NCBI GenBank assembly: GCA_964016885.1
Contig: OZ024740.1
Location: 346,890,001 to 346,954,000 of the forward strand
DNA length: 64,000 bases
Source of the DNA: Eledone cirrhosa
Lineage: Eukaryota
Reading direction: 5' to 3'
A program made the translations under genes and the position numbers. How positions within the stretch are numbered: the first letter of the stretch is position 1; each line of letters opens with the position of its first letter. Below, one piece after another: positions 40,331 through 54,499 of this stretch. Under the pieces are notes generated by a model. That model did not search any database. It was not told the DNA's origin and was given only the letters and a program-made list of their open reading frames with translations.

Positions 40331-41299
40331 CATGTTCAAGGAAACAATATCTATGCGTCCAAATGCAGTGCACGCAACGTTGAATATGTCCACTCCCATT
40401 TGCACATGCTCCACTGAGTGAATCACAAGATCCACATCATTAACTTAATTGACCACTCTGACAATAGTGATAAATGTCTTTGATTTGTTGTTGAAATGTC
40501 TTAGATTAATTAGTTTCTAGATCGTATGTAATCACCGATTTCGAAATTTAAAATGGCATGTTAGTAGCACGTCACAATGGAAAAAAGAAGTGTGTGCTGG
40601 TATGCCCTCGTGTTTGATACCGTTTTTCAATTCAATTGTTTCTGAAATTATCCCATTGAATTCAACTTTTGCCTTCATATTGTGATGAATCCTTTTGAAT
40701 ATCCGAACATATTCACATTGTCATGCAAGCTTTCTAAATATGACCTAAAATACACTACGTTTAACAGTATCAAGGCTCGCTGTTTAAATTGCAGGCACAA
40801 CCCAACAGTTTCCTTCAACCCAATTTCAATCACAAGATGTGGGTCGAACAAAAGTCATAGTAAATGACAAGGGTCGAAAATCCCACGCAGTGTGTATTGA
40901 ACACGGAACATGATTGTGCACCGACTACCTTAAACATTCGATCGAACTGTGAGCTCTTCGTAATTTATCCTTCCAATATTGATACAATAAAGTACCAATC
41001 AAGTAATCGGTTCAGATTAATTCTCTTTACACCCCACCTAATATAACACACTTTCGTTATGTAAGTCATTATAAAGAATGTTGGATTAGCTAATTCGGTA
41101 AAGACTTTAGAATAAAACTTTTGGCATTATTCGTGCTATTTAAGTAGTGGTTTCAAGCCGTTGTCATATATCCCTCTCATCTTATCGGCGTCAATTACTA
41201 GAGTTCAACGTAACAGATGTTTCCTCTCCAAAAGATTGCTAACCATGTGTTTGAATAAAAAAATGATTAGTATTATTAGTCGTATTTCTTTTAATAATG

Positions 41300-42505
41300 C
41301 TTTCTTTATTAACCGCAAGGGTTTACACAAAGTAAGACATTAAGGACAATACAGGACAATACAGGACGGTACAAATGGGCATTTCTGCGTGCAAAAAACA
41401 AAAAAACAGGGGATGTAACAAAAAGAAAAAATGAAAAATTCCCCAATAGGGGGGTAGACTTCCGAGGGCCATCGTGAAGAAGCCCATTAAAAAAACCACG
41501 GTGACCCTAACCACCAGGGAAAGTGCCTTCTCCCAGTTGTCCACCTTCAATTTACAGGTACATACTCATAGTAGGCCCATTCACTCGGGCCATTCTTGCC
41601 TCTCTCACCCATCTTTCAACAAAATGCTGGGAAGAGAGCACTTCCCTCTCTACCCTGATTTTCCTTTTCAAATGAAATTTGGAAAAGTTAATCAGGGCAT
41701 CACTGAATAGATAAGTGCTCGTCTTCAACCCTTTCAAACGCGTCTACCATACTATCTCTTTCGCCATGGCCACCAGACAGATAAAAACAGCCTGCCCTTC
41801 CCGGCTAAAGGAAGAGGGCGTGGAATTCCTCACGATGGACTCAGCTGGTAGCCGGATCAGTCCTACACGCGACAGCAGGTGTTCGACATAAACCCACAAG
41901 TCAGCAATGCTCCGACACTGGATGAGTGCGTGTAGAACGGTTTCGTCGCCCTGCGCGCATCTAGGATATGCCCGACTGTCGGCACTTCCATGACTGTAGG
42001 GTTTAGCCCGAACTGGCAAAGCTCCCCGGTAGTACTGCCAGGCCAGGCATTTCTGGACGTTGTCCATAGGCCCCGTCCCGAAAGTTCTTCCGAAGAGATT
42101 GGCTAGTTGATTTTCATCGACGCTTAGAATTTCACCAAGTACGTTGTCGCTCCTCCCCTCCAATAATCCTCTGTAGAACTCCAAGGTGGAGTTTCCACCG
42201 ATCACATTGCCCAAATGGTCTAGGGCTGTGAGCGCCTGAAGATATTCCAGTTTCCAAGCGCTCCCTCTCGGTCTTCGCTTGACCCAGGACTGCAGCTCCG
42301 TCAAGGAGACGAGCTTGGGAAAGACGCGTCTAGCAAACGGCGACCACACCTGATCATCATCGAGGAAGTGGTGGAGATGTCAAAGCCTGAGCGCGTGTCT
42401 GAGAATCATCAGCCACGACATGCCCAGCCCTCCACGTAGCGGGTGTTGACAGCAGATGGAACGCCTGACAATCGGAGCGCGTCCCTTCCACAAAAAGCGA
42501 AACGC
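41300..42505 (-). mobile_element. 5'-truncated L1/Tx1-type LINE (ORF2 C-terminus with zinc-finger remnant plus 3'UTR)
   Basis: FLWKGR..RRSICCQHPLRGGLGMS, ..LAWQYYRGALPV..YPRCAQGDETVLHALIQC..LVAMAKEIVW. AATAAA on the minus strand at ~41305-41310. Confidence 0.85.
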
Positions 42506-42519
42506 TTGCAGTATTACTT

Positions 42520-43170
42520 TTAATAATAACAACAAAAATTATTCTACTAATAACAATAATTGTTTCTACTTTTGGTACAAGAGCAGCAATTACCCCAGTG
42601 CATTACTGGTGTTTATTTTATCGACCTTGTAAGGAGGGAAGCAAAGTACTACTAATAATTGTTTCTACTTTAGGCGAAAGGCAAGTAATTACCCAACTGA
42701 ATTACTGGTGCTTTATTGTATCGATTCCAAAAGGATGAAAGGCAAAGGCAAATCCCGCCGATGGTAACTTTACCTTTCATCCTTACGGGGTTGATAAAAT
42801 AAAGTACCAGTAATACCCTGGGATAATTGCTGGCCTTGTGTCAAAATTAGAAACAATTATTAGTAGTACTTTGACTTCCATCTTTACACTGCCAAAATAA
42901 TAATGTACCAGTAATGCACAGGTGTTGATTTAATCGAATTTCCTCTTCAAATTACTGGCCTTGTACCAAAAGTAGAAACAATCATTGTTAATTGTAGAAT
43001 AATGTTTTGTAGTTATTATTATTATTGTATAGTTACGCCCCTTTACGATCTGAGTTCAAATCCTGCCGAGGTTAACTTTGCCTTTCATCCTTACCGGTCG
43101 ATAAAATAAAGTACCAGTAATGTACTGGATAATTGCTGGCCTTGTGCCTAAAATAGAAACAATTATTATT
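42520..43170. mobile_element. SINE cluster: compound palindrome of SINE 3' halves plus one further copy
   Basis: Two minus SINE tails (42520-42748) mirror two plus tails (42765-43023), including the junction aaagtactactaataattgtttcta / tagaaacaattattagtagtacttt. Confidence 0.8.
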
Positions 43171-46100
43171 ATTGTATTTGATTTTGTTGATAATGTTATT
43201 GCTGTCCTATGCTGGACGGACTTGAAAACAGACAGAAGGACTCTAAATTGATACAAGAGTTTCACACATTAATGCCTGTCAGACAACGTTAATGAAATAA
43301 AGCATGCATCATTCAAAGCCATGTCACTAATTGACACTGATAGTAAAAAGATCAAACTAGATACTTTGAGTGATTCAAAGTCTGATATTATGTTTCGAGC
43401 ATACTAAAAACAACTTTGCTTTTCTTTCTTAGAGGGAAAATCTCATGTACACTCTTTATCTCATAATTTCATTCACTCATAGATATGCATAATTTTACAG
43501 ACATAACTGCGTCTTTTTGGAACATATCAATACATGTGTTTCAATGGGTTTTAAAGTATTTTCACTATGAAAGGATTAAAACAAAACGTACATAATATGA
43601 TATATTTTAAAATGATAGTGTTGATTGCTATGTTGATGATACCGTTCATGATACTGCTGATAATGCTAATATTGAAAATGAATGATGGTGAACATGATGA
43701 CGATATGACGATCATCACAACCATTATTTTCATCATCAATGTGCCAGTTTTGTTGAGAATGACAACTTGTAAGATGATGACAAAGACAATGCCGATAATG
43801 ATAAGGCTGACGGCGAAGCATTGGTCAGAAAGAAGTGTCCTCTGAATTGCAATCTAGCGTCATTCTCAATTCATGACAGCAGCATCATTTATAGACGGGT
43901 GTGATTATTTTCAACACGTCACACCGTGGGACATGTCAAAACAATCTGCAACGTTTTCAGTAGGAAATTAGATGTCATGCCGAAAGAAAACACAAAACAT
44001 TTATTGAAAGTAAGAGCAAAACAACAACAGTAACAACAAGAATATCACCTATATTAATACTAACAAAGGTAAGAACAAAATATCAACAAAAACATCTGTC
44101 CTACATCAAATGCTTAAAAATTAAGTGGGGGCAAAGACTTAAAAATATATATTTAAAAAAGTAAGTGAAGTGGTATCACGTGAAGTTTGCCCGTTTAACA
44201 TGAAAAAAATAGATATTTGGATTAATCTATTGCACTGGAAATATCAATGCCTCTGCAAGATATCGTTTAATTATCAATCCTGGGTGAAATAAACCAGTAG
44301 CCATTTGCTACAGAGAATTGAATTTATAACTAAAAGGTTTTCTTTTTGATTGTAAATTTTGTTTTTATATTTTTTCTATCATTATTTATCTTCTGCCAAT
44401 CTTCATTTCGTTTCGGATAATGTTTTTCTTGTTCTTTTGAAATGTCTTATAACGCATAAATGAATTGAATTGCAACAAGCTGATTCTCACTTTTCCTCAG
44501 TATTTTATACAATTTTTTTCGCTAAACATATTTTTTATCTGCTTGTAACGGAAGTGATATTTTTATAAATTCATTTTTATTTTATACTCAAATTTCACTT
44601 TATAGGAATATGTCGAAATACGAAATGAGCAAGTAATACTGATTAGTTTTAAGACAAGATTTCTTTCTTTGGATATAGTAGCGAATATATTTTTTAAGAA
44701 GGTGAATTATTACTTTAAATACAAGTTAGTATTTTCGAGTCGTCACCTTATTCCAAAGGGAATGCAATATATTTACGTTAGAAATCAATAAAATAAAATG
44801 TCAATATTAAGAAATAAATATGCCTACACAAGTGATGAATTTATATATTCGTAAAAATAATAGACTAGAAGCGTAAAAACAGATTTGATAAAAAAGGGAA
44901 TTATATAAAGTTCCAGATAAGATATAGTGTGTTTATATAATTCACTATTGCAATGATGTCTGAATAATGTCTGTCAATGTTAAAATCCATTGGGCACGGT
45001 TTATTACTCCTTGTAAGTGAGCCCTTCCCTTTATAGAGAACTCTGCCAGAACTGCTGATAGGCTGATCCACCGAAACGACTGGGTGAGAATAGGTGACTC
45101 TATTGGTTCTAGCTGTACAGTTTGCCCTTCAAAATATAGTGGGTTGTGACGTTATACAGAGGAAAAGAAATAAAATGAAATAAATCAACTTTCAGTAAAC
45201 TTCAATAAAATGACATATTACTGGTGACGCGAAAACACAGTACTATGTCCAAATGGTGTTCGATATTTCTATGAAGCGCAGCACTGACGAAACAGAATGT
45301 GTCTATAGTTAGAAAATCTAAAATCTGTAACGATGATCAAGATGAGAAGGGTAAATATATAAGAAGATTAGACCGATATCGTTTAATCTTAGTAAGAATT
45401 GATAACACCAAGATAGAGTAATCCCATACAAACGGAGCAAAATCTATGAATATATGAGGATTTAACAGACCAAACACAAATAAAATAATAGGAGTAGAAT
45501 AAAGAAAATGTTGGTAAAGATTCTGCAACCGAAGGGAAAATTAGTATGTAGCTTACTTTGAATTTACTGGGATTTCTAGCATAACGCCAATAATTGGAGA
45601 ATACACCATACTCTTGAGGGGATTTTACTTCTTCAAGAGCTATCAGAAATTGAACAAGATATAATACATACTGCAACTCCCCTGAAGAATATTGCGGATT
45701 CACCAATTATTGGTGGTTCCAAAAAAAATTCTTCTCCACATGGAACCATGGTAGGGAGATCTATATACAGATGAGTTTAGAGAGAATATCTTTTTTGTGT
45801 GTCTCTCATTGAGATGTTTAAGCATTAGATATTAATTAACCTTTTAATAAATATATGTATATATATAATATATATATATATATATATGAATGTATGTATA
45901 GTATATTTGGCAATATACTGTATGTTAAATTGAAAACATTTAGAAGCCCATATGCTAAAAGTTTTAAAGTAGTGACGATGTCACTTATTTTCGGCGAAAG
46001 AGGGAGAGAGACACGGGCACACACAGGCTTTAAACCATACTATTCTGACGACATTTAAAATTTAAATATGCACACAGACACGCACACACACATACACACA

Positions 46101-46209
46101 CAGATATACAGGCACATATATATATAGATATATCATATATATAAATATATAATACTAAATGAGATACACATATAACCATATATGCACACGTTTATACACC
46201 CGCTTACTC

Positions 46210-46293
46210 ATATATCGTAATAACTGTTTCTACTTTAGGCACAAGGCCAGCAATTACCCAGTGCATTACTGGTACTTTATATATCGTAATAAC
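46210..46293 (-). mobile_element. Severely 5'-truncated SINE (~54 nt) with a 15-bp TSD
   Basis: atatatcgtaataac at 46210-46224 and 46279-46293 flanks the SINE 3' end. Confidence 0.85.
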
Positions 46294-46407
46294 GTCATGC
46301 ATACATAAACGTCTATGTATTTGACTATCTATCTATACGTATATACACACATACATATATAGGCATGTACACGCACATGCACACACACATATATATATAT
46401 ACACATA

Positions 46408-46661
46408 CTGAGGAAGTGTGGTAAGGAAGCAGATGGACAATAGCGCACCAGAGTACACAATACTTAGGGTAGTAGAGTGGGTAATAGGAAAATGTTTAAC
46501 CCCGACGGCAGAGCTCAAGCCGTTTCGACGGCTATTTCTGGACTAAATTAGAAATTTTAGCGTCGCAATAAATACTATTTATTACCACGCTAAACATTCT
46601 AATTTAGTCTAGAATAGCCGTCGAAACGGCTTGAGCTCTGCCGTCGGCGTTAAATATTTTC
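46408..46661. mobile_element. Third copy of the hairpin-headed repeat, with a 174-nt hairpin
   Basis: 46488-46661 is self-complementary (ccgacggcagagctcaagccgtttcgacggctatt..aatagccgtcgaaacggcttgagctctgccgtcgg). 46408-46487 matches 8972-9048 inverted. Confidence 0.85.
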
Positions 46662-46718
46662 ATATATATATATACGGATTGCTGTTGGTTTTTCGCTGCG
46701 GTGTTTTCTATACCTTTC

Positions 46719-46765
<47 letters not shown>

Positions 46766-47029
46766 TATATAATCTCTACTCTGGATTTTTCTAGTAATAT
46801 TCCAAATCCATTGTTTCTGTGAATTGAGTTAAATGGATGTTTCGTCTTTTTTCTCTTTTGTTTTTTGTTTTATTTTTTACGTGGCGAACTTTATATACAT
46901 ATCTGCGATAGATTATTCTGTATATCGAGTAAAAGTTATATTTTTCCCCTCTAAAATAATCGCAAAACAATGGATGAATTAACTACGAAATTAACTAAGA
47001 AACGATGTCTAATATAATTTACTGTTCAA

Positions 47030-47132
<103 letters not shown>

Positions 47133-47299
47133 AGTATATATATATATATATATGTATGTGTATATATATATGTGTATATGTATATATATATATATATATA
47201 TATGCATATGTGTGTATATATATATGTGTATATGTATATATATATATATATATATGCATATGTATATATATATATATATATATATGCATTTAAATATAT

Positions 47300-47775
47300 A
47301 TATATATGCACACTTAAATATAAGTATGTACACGTACATACATATATATAATCCATACGTACATATATATACGTGTGCATGTATGTATATATATATATGC
47401 ATACTACTGTACGTCTGTATACATATATGTATGTACGTATACATACTTATATTTAAGTAACTGCCGTACTCAGAGTGAGAAATGAAATTTCGTTTCATTT
47501 TTTCCGTTTATCGTTTTCGGTACCCCGGCCGATTAACGCACTCGATATGCAAATTAGGCTGCTCAGCGGTTAATATGCATAAGGAAAGTATATACTTTCA
47601 GACGTTCAACCATCTGGCATGAAGGTATACGTCGCTGACGATAGCTAATAAGCTTGAAACTAGTACAGCGTTCCTTTGTCAGTGTTGAACAAATGAGCAA
47701 CGATTGTTGCTAGACACTGTACGGCTTAATTCGGGATGTTTGTTTACAAACACACCGAGCATACGTATACATACT

Positions 47776-47780
<5 letters not shown>
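47300..47780 (+). mobile_element. Dispersed ~1.1-unit copy of the 434-bp HHR repeat
   Basis: Collinear with ~28400-28810 and flanked by (TA)n. Confidence 0.88.
47629..47671 (+). ncRNA. Minimal type I hammerhead with intact core
   Basis: acgtcg CTGACGA t agct aata agct t GAAA CTAG TA cagcgt. Confidence 0.7.
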
Positions 47781-47811
<31 letters not shown>

Positions 47812-47996
47812 AGAAAAACCACAGACCCTCCATCTCAACTCTACTTTTGAAAAGCAGAAGAACTGCGAACCAAATAAATATATATATATTTTTTTAAATA
47901 AGACTACAATTGCATTTTCGATTTCATCTTTTTTTCTTTATACTTTCTCTCGTGTAGGATACCCCGGTTATTTTTCATTTTGTAAAAAAACCTCAC

Positions 47997-48089
<93 letters not shown>

Positions 48090-48576
48090 GTGAGAGATTT
48101 AGAGATGAATATAGCTACGCGTATATCTATATATATCGAAAGATATTTTATAAAAGTACATATATATATATATATATTTAAATATTAGCAAAATTCCGTA
48201 TAAGTGAATATAATTGAATATAATTAAAAACTAGTTTGTATGTATATATTTACATATTAATGTTTAAACTTTGTCAATATATATTACCATTATTTACTCC
48301 CTGCTGCTATATTATAGATCCCCGTTGCTTCTTAAACAGAATATATATTTCTTTGTTTCAAATGTTTATCTAATGTGGCAAGCATTTTTCATAAGTCATG
48401 TTTGTGTTGTTTTTTGGGGTGTTTTTAACGTTAATTGAATGATTCATGTTTTGATTTTCTCATTGCTTTCTTCGTCTGTATTCATTATATCTCATCAGGA
48501 ATCTTTTTTTCTGACACCTCAAATACCTACAACACTACTACTAATTCTGCTATCAATGTTGTGTTTAATTTTCTCT

Positions 48577-48619
48577 ACTACTACTACTATTACTACTACT
48601 ATTGATGATGATGATGATG

Positions 48620-48678
<59 letters not shown>

Positions 48679-48850
48679 CAACAACAATAATTCAACTGCT
48701 TTCATTCATTTAGTTGTTGCAGTTATCGTGACATACTATCATAATCAGCAGCATCATCACCATAACCAGTTTCATCATCATCACCATCATCGTCATCAAC
48801 ATCTACATCAGCAGCAGCAATCTTCGTCGTGACTATCATCGTCATCACTT
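48577..48850. repeat. Trinucleotide microsatellite cluster (ACT/GAT/AAT/AAC/CAT)
   Basis: Direct inspection. Confidence 0.9.
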
Positions 48851-49215
48851 CATTATTTATACCATTCTCCTCAATATTTCGATGATTTATCATATACGTG
48901 TGAAGGGACATTTGAAATGTTCTTTTTTCTCACCCTGTTACCTCCTTTCTATAGTCTACAACATTAATTAAATGATAAAAGTTCTATTTCCTTTCACGTA
49001 CATTTCTTTGCAATATCTAGCAATTTTATGTGTTTTATGCTAGCTTATTTGTGTGTCTTTATAGTGTAGTTGTTGAGTTTTTATAGTGTCCGTTTAGTTG
49101 TTTTTGCTGGTTTATTATCATTATACCAGACAGTAGTTTACAGTGATTAAATGCTATTGAATTATGTCCATTTGATTCCTGGTTTCAATTCGTGAAAGAA
49201 TAGATGTTTGCACAA

Positions 49216-49714
<499 letters not shown>

Positions 49715-51591
49715 CATTTGCGTGAGTGCGTGTGTGTGTGTATGTATGTGTGAGTGTCCGTGTTTGTAACCTGTTCTCTGCACCTGTTCTCTTACACTGC
49801 TGCTTCATGCATTTTGCCACATTGTTCACAGTCTACATTTGCTGCCATACCTAGGCCTTAAAACCTAAGGCAGTGCAATACATATCACATGCAGGGATCA
49901 TAATACACACGCATAAATATATATATACACTGCCTGTGCATAGAGTGCTTGCTTTGGTTCCAACGCCAATAATTCACTGAATCACCTACACTATATATAT
50001 ATAATATATATATATATAGGGGGGGGGTGCGTGTGTGTTGTTTTGTAGGAGATATATGTTACTATGATATAATATATTTGCATGCTCATTTTACGAAATT
50101 CGAAAAAGCATTTAAACACTTTACTATGTGCCTATTAAGTAATATATTGTATACTTCGAGAGCCCTTCTGTGAGACTAATATATATATTTTGGGTTATAA
50201 TCTTGTCTTGATTTTACTTTACACATAATAATTTACAATGAATATAGTTATTATCTTCTTATCTTCTTTTATGAAAGAATTCCTAAAGTGTTTTCGAAAT
50301 GTGCTGTGCTTCACATATCCTAAGTCCCTGAGAATAACTGTAATTGCTTGCGTATCCATACATCACATTCTTTCTCTTTCAGTCAATATGTCTTTATTCC
50401 TGGAAAAGGATTTACTTTATATTTGCCGTTTTCGTTTCTGTCAAGATACATCAAAATTAATAGTGCGTGGCATAGAATGTTTTTTGTTTTCTTTTGTGAT
50501 AATGTCCGGATGACTCGAACATATTTCTTGCCTTTATCTGCTTTTGTATTGTATAGAGTTACATCACATATTTCCGATCATTCACGTAGATATGTCGATA
50601 ACATATTTACGCAACTCTGGTCTTTCATTTCCTCATAGTTCATCAAAAGATCGTCTTTATCCTTTCAAGACTTTCGATATATTATTAGTGGAAGCATGCA
50701 TGTATAGTCTCATCAAAATTTCTTCACAAACAATTAGGGTTTGATATTCTGTTTCAGAATATACATGTGGTAAAATCTGAAATGTGTTGTCCTCGTCTGC
50801 AATTAGCTTTCCATATCTACTCCTAGTTTATACCTTCCAAACCAGATGTGTCTATTTTTTGTTGTAAATGGTTACAGTTTCAGGTCCCGGGATCAGTTTT
50901 ATTTTTGTGCCAGCTCCGGCGTTGATGCATTTATTATTTATTTATTTATTTATTTATTTAACCAGTCTGTTATGTATGTCATACCATCAGTGTATGCGTT
51001 ATTAGTTCAAAGTCTGTTGGTAGATTTAGACGTATGTGGATGTAGTACCCATTTCTACCTAACACTCGTGTGCTTCTGTTTATATTGAGTGCAAGCTATT
51101 GTAGTATGTATCCGTGCTGATAACACCGTGTAACAAAAAAAAAATGTTTCTCTGTTCCTGGCTTGTAATCACTTTTTTGTGTTGCTTAGGTCCCCAAAAA
51201 ATAAAAAAAGTGCTATTAAACAGTTAAAAGTTGGGGTTTGTAAACATTCTAAAGCTATTCACTAGAATTATTTGTATGCTGGATTTTACGTTGTATGTAA
51301 GTTTAATTTGCTTATGTTAAAAGATTTTTTTATATATGTTCAGGTTAAATTAAAATTATAAAATAAAGAGTAATACCTAAAGAAAATTATAAAAGTGCAA
51401 TAAAGTATAAAGTTGTTAAAAAGTGGAGTAAAGAGATTTATTTATACTGGATTTTCGCACCCTGAATAAAGGGTAAGTTGTGTTTTAAGCACGAATTTTC
51501 ATTAGTAAGATTAGTGTTCTTTTATATTATTTAAATATGTATTTCCCTTTCCAATATTTAATTTGTATTGTATATCAAATTTATTTTCCAG

Positions 51592-52209
51592 GACAAGTAT
51601 TCTGATGAAGAGGAGGAGATGGATGATGAGGACTTGGATTACCTGCCAGAGGTACCAGAAAAAGTTCCTCACTTCCCAAACCAAAATGAAGTCAATGACC
51701 TGGTCAGGGATATGGGTCTGACCAAGTCCAATGCAGAGCTATTCGTCTCCAGGATGAAGCAATGGAACATGGTCAAGGAGGAAGTGGAGGTGACAAGTCA
51801 GAGAAGTCGACATGAACCTCTTTCAGGCGTTTACACTCTTAGGGAAGGCCTCTGCTTCTGCCATGACGTGCCTGGACTGTTTGACGTTGTTGGGGTGCCG
51901 TTTGTGCCCAAGGAGTGGCGGCTATTTATAGACAGCTCCACCACAAGTTTGAAGGTTGTCCTCCTCCACAATGAAAACAAGTTCCCGACACTGCCCCTAG
52001 GTCATTCAGTCTGCCTGAAGGAAGATTACTACAGTGTGATAGTCCTCTTGGAAGCTCTGCAATACAACCAGTACAATTGGGAAATCAATGGAGACTTCAA
52101 GACGGTGGCTTTTCTGCTTGGACTCCAAGGAGGCGTTATCAAATTCCAATGCTTCCTCTGCCTTTGGGACAGCAGAGCTATCTCTGACCACTACAAAAGA
52201 AAGAACTGA
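51592..52209 (+). pseudogene. Chapaev3-like transposase fragment, preceded by a splice-acceptor-like ttattttccag
   Basis: PHFPNQNEVNDLVRDMGLTKSNAELFVSRMKQWN..EWRLFIDSSTTSLKVVLLHN..GDFK..LLGLQGG..CFLCLWDSRA. The family assignment is from motif recall, not a search. Confidence 0.72.
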
Positions 52210-52519
52210 GAGCAGCGAACAGAATTTGTAGTCGGGACCTGGAACGTCATGTGGGAGCGACCTGGACTACAACCGCAAATCCAGGAAATCCAGTCATTTC
52301 TGACCTGTATAAGTTGATTTATCAGTGTTAATTGTTTTTAATTGTTTGCTTTTGATAAGTTTGTGTAATAGAATAAATATATACTCTATTGATTTAATTA
52401 TATGAACTGATAAATTTAAAAAAAAATGTGTTTTGCTCTTGAAAAATATGAACATTTCCAAATATCAAACTCCTGACCACAAACCCAAACTTCTGATTAA
52501 ATAATAGTGTTTTTTTATA

Positions 52520-52700
52520 ATAATTGTTTCTACTTTTGGCAGAAGGCCAGCAATTACTCAGTACATTACTGGTACTTTATTTTATCGACCCCGAAAGGAT
52601 GAAAGGCAAAGTTAACCTCGACGGGATTTGAACTCAGACCGTAAAGGGACGTAAATATGCTGGAAAGCATGGCGTCCGACTCTCTACCGATACTGCCAAT
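52520..52700 (-). mobile_element. tRNA-derived SINE nested in the DNA transposon
   Basis: Reverse complement of the SINE consensus, with ataataat on both sides. Confidence 0.9.
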
Positions 52701-52979
52701 AATAATGGGATATAACAAACCATGAAATGACATTTAGAACCGGGGAACAAAAAATATGTTAAACGGTGTATACATTCTCATTAGCTAATGATACTATGAG
52801 GCTGCGTACACTTCCAAATGCTATTTTGTGGACAGTATGTTTGTTCTGTTTCAACATGCAGTATTTTAATACTTTTTTATTCATCAGTATTCGGACTTTA
52901 CATTCATATTAGCCTCTTACACAATTCCGCTAATCTTTATTTATATTGATGTGTTAATATATTTTCTTAATTAGGGTCA

Positions 52980-53130
52980 TAGGTGGCGTATTGACAGATT
53001 CGCTGGAACGTCGGATAGAATGCTTTACAGAATCAGTTCTGGCCATCTCTCCACTGAATTCAAATCAATTTTGACTTTCATCCTTTCGGTGTCGATACAA
53101 AATAGCAATCTATTAGATTTACCGATTTGT
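52980..53130 (+). mobile_element. Old diverged SINE
   Basis: gaattcaaatc..gactttcatcctttcggtgtcgata. Confidence 0.6.
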
Positions 53131-54284
53131 CCTCTATATTTCTTTCTCTCATTCTATCTCCTCCTTCCCTGATCTTGGGTTCATTATCGTCAAAAGACGT
53201 GCTGTTGATTGAACGTTTTGAGTCCTCGGTCCCTGAAATTAATTAGTAGGTATTCTGTGTTTCCTGGTGTTAACTGATATATCATTTTCTTGAATTACTT
53301 TCAAATATTGTGATACAAAATAGGCAGCTATTTTATCAACAAATATTTGATTGTCAACTCCATTCTACTTCGACATTTCAAATTGGCTTTGTTATGAATT
53401 ATATTTTCGTCATTGAAGATTTCACATTTAGTAGTGTGATATGATAACATTTTATTTCATGTTATATCAGTATTTGTTCATTACATGTTATACATGTTAT
53501 CCATGTTATCCATTTTATCCTAAAAATTGTTAATGTTTTTTTTTATATAGTGGATTCTCTGCATGTATTAGTTTGGTCTTTTTATTTCGTAATTCTAAGC
53601 AGTTTATTGCTGTTGAATTGCTTGATTTGTTTTACAAATTTCGCTCTTTTCTCGACTTTCAATGCCTATCGTTTATTTTTTCTTATTGAATTTTATGCTT
53701 TTTAAAAAATATTTATTTCTATGTTGGTGATATTTTCTGCTCCAAGTTTAGGTTTCATTTATCTAGTCTATGTTTTCTCTCGTATTAAAATTGTGTATTT
53801 AACCAGGGTTTATTTTAGGTTTTCTAGTTTTTTCTATAGTTTCGTCACATCTAGAGCAGTATATTGCACATACTGGGGAATATATTATTTTTTTGTAGTT
53901 CATTATATGTATTTGATTTGTAATTAGTTATATTATTTGTATAGCGATCTGTTTCCTTCATCTAGTTTGGATCTTCTTTGTTTGTAGTCTGTATTTCATA
54001 GGTTTTGTCTCCTCAACCTTTGTGCAATTTCGCCAATCATATTTTTTAAGACAACATTCATTTCTTTGAGTTAGCTAACCTACATCTTACATTCTGCAAA
54101 TCCTAACAGGAATTCACACCAAAACAACTCAGCATGCACAACATACAAAACGGTAATAGGGAAAATACATTATGACATCAGTAATTACAAAAAATAGAAA
54201 CAGTTACACGTGTACCATTCTCGATATTGTCGACAGGAAAGCATTCAGATATAATACATACTGATCGTTCATAGAATTAATAAT

Positions 54285-54499
54285 TGTTTCGACTTGCACA
54301 AGGGCAGCAATTTGAAGTGGAGAAGAAAGTCGATTAAATCGACCCAAGTGTATTACTGGTGCTTTATTTTATCGACCCCTCAAGGATGAAAGACAAAGCT
54401 AACCTCGGCGGGATTTGAACTCAGAACGTAAAGGCCCGAAACTCTATGCCACGAAGCATGTAATCCTACGTTCTACCAATTCTGCCAATCTGCTGCCCT
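54285..54499 (-). mobile_element. Full-length SINE with an 18-bp TSD
   Basis: gttcatagaatt(a/g)ataat at 54267 and 54500. Confidence 0.9.

Larger units (their letters stand above)
51124..52768 (+). mobile_element. Internally deleted DNA transposon, probably Chapaev3 (CMC superfamily)
   Basis: Imperfect TIRs caccgtgtaaca..tgttcctgg and ccggggaaca..tgttaaacggtg enclose a transposase remnant. A SINE is nested inside. Confidence 0.7.
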
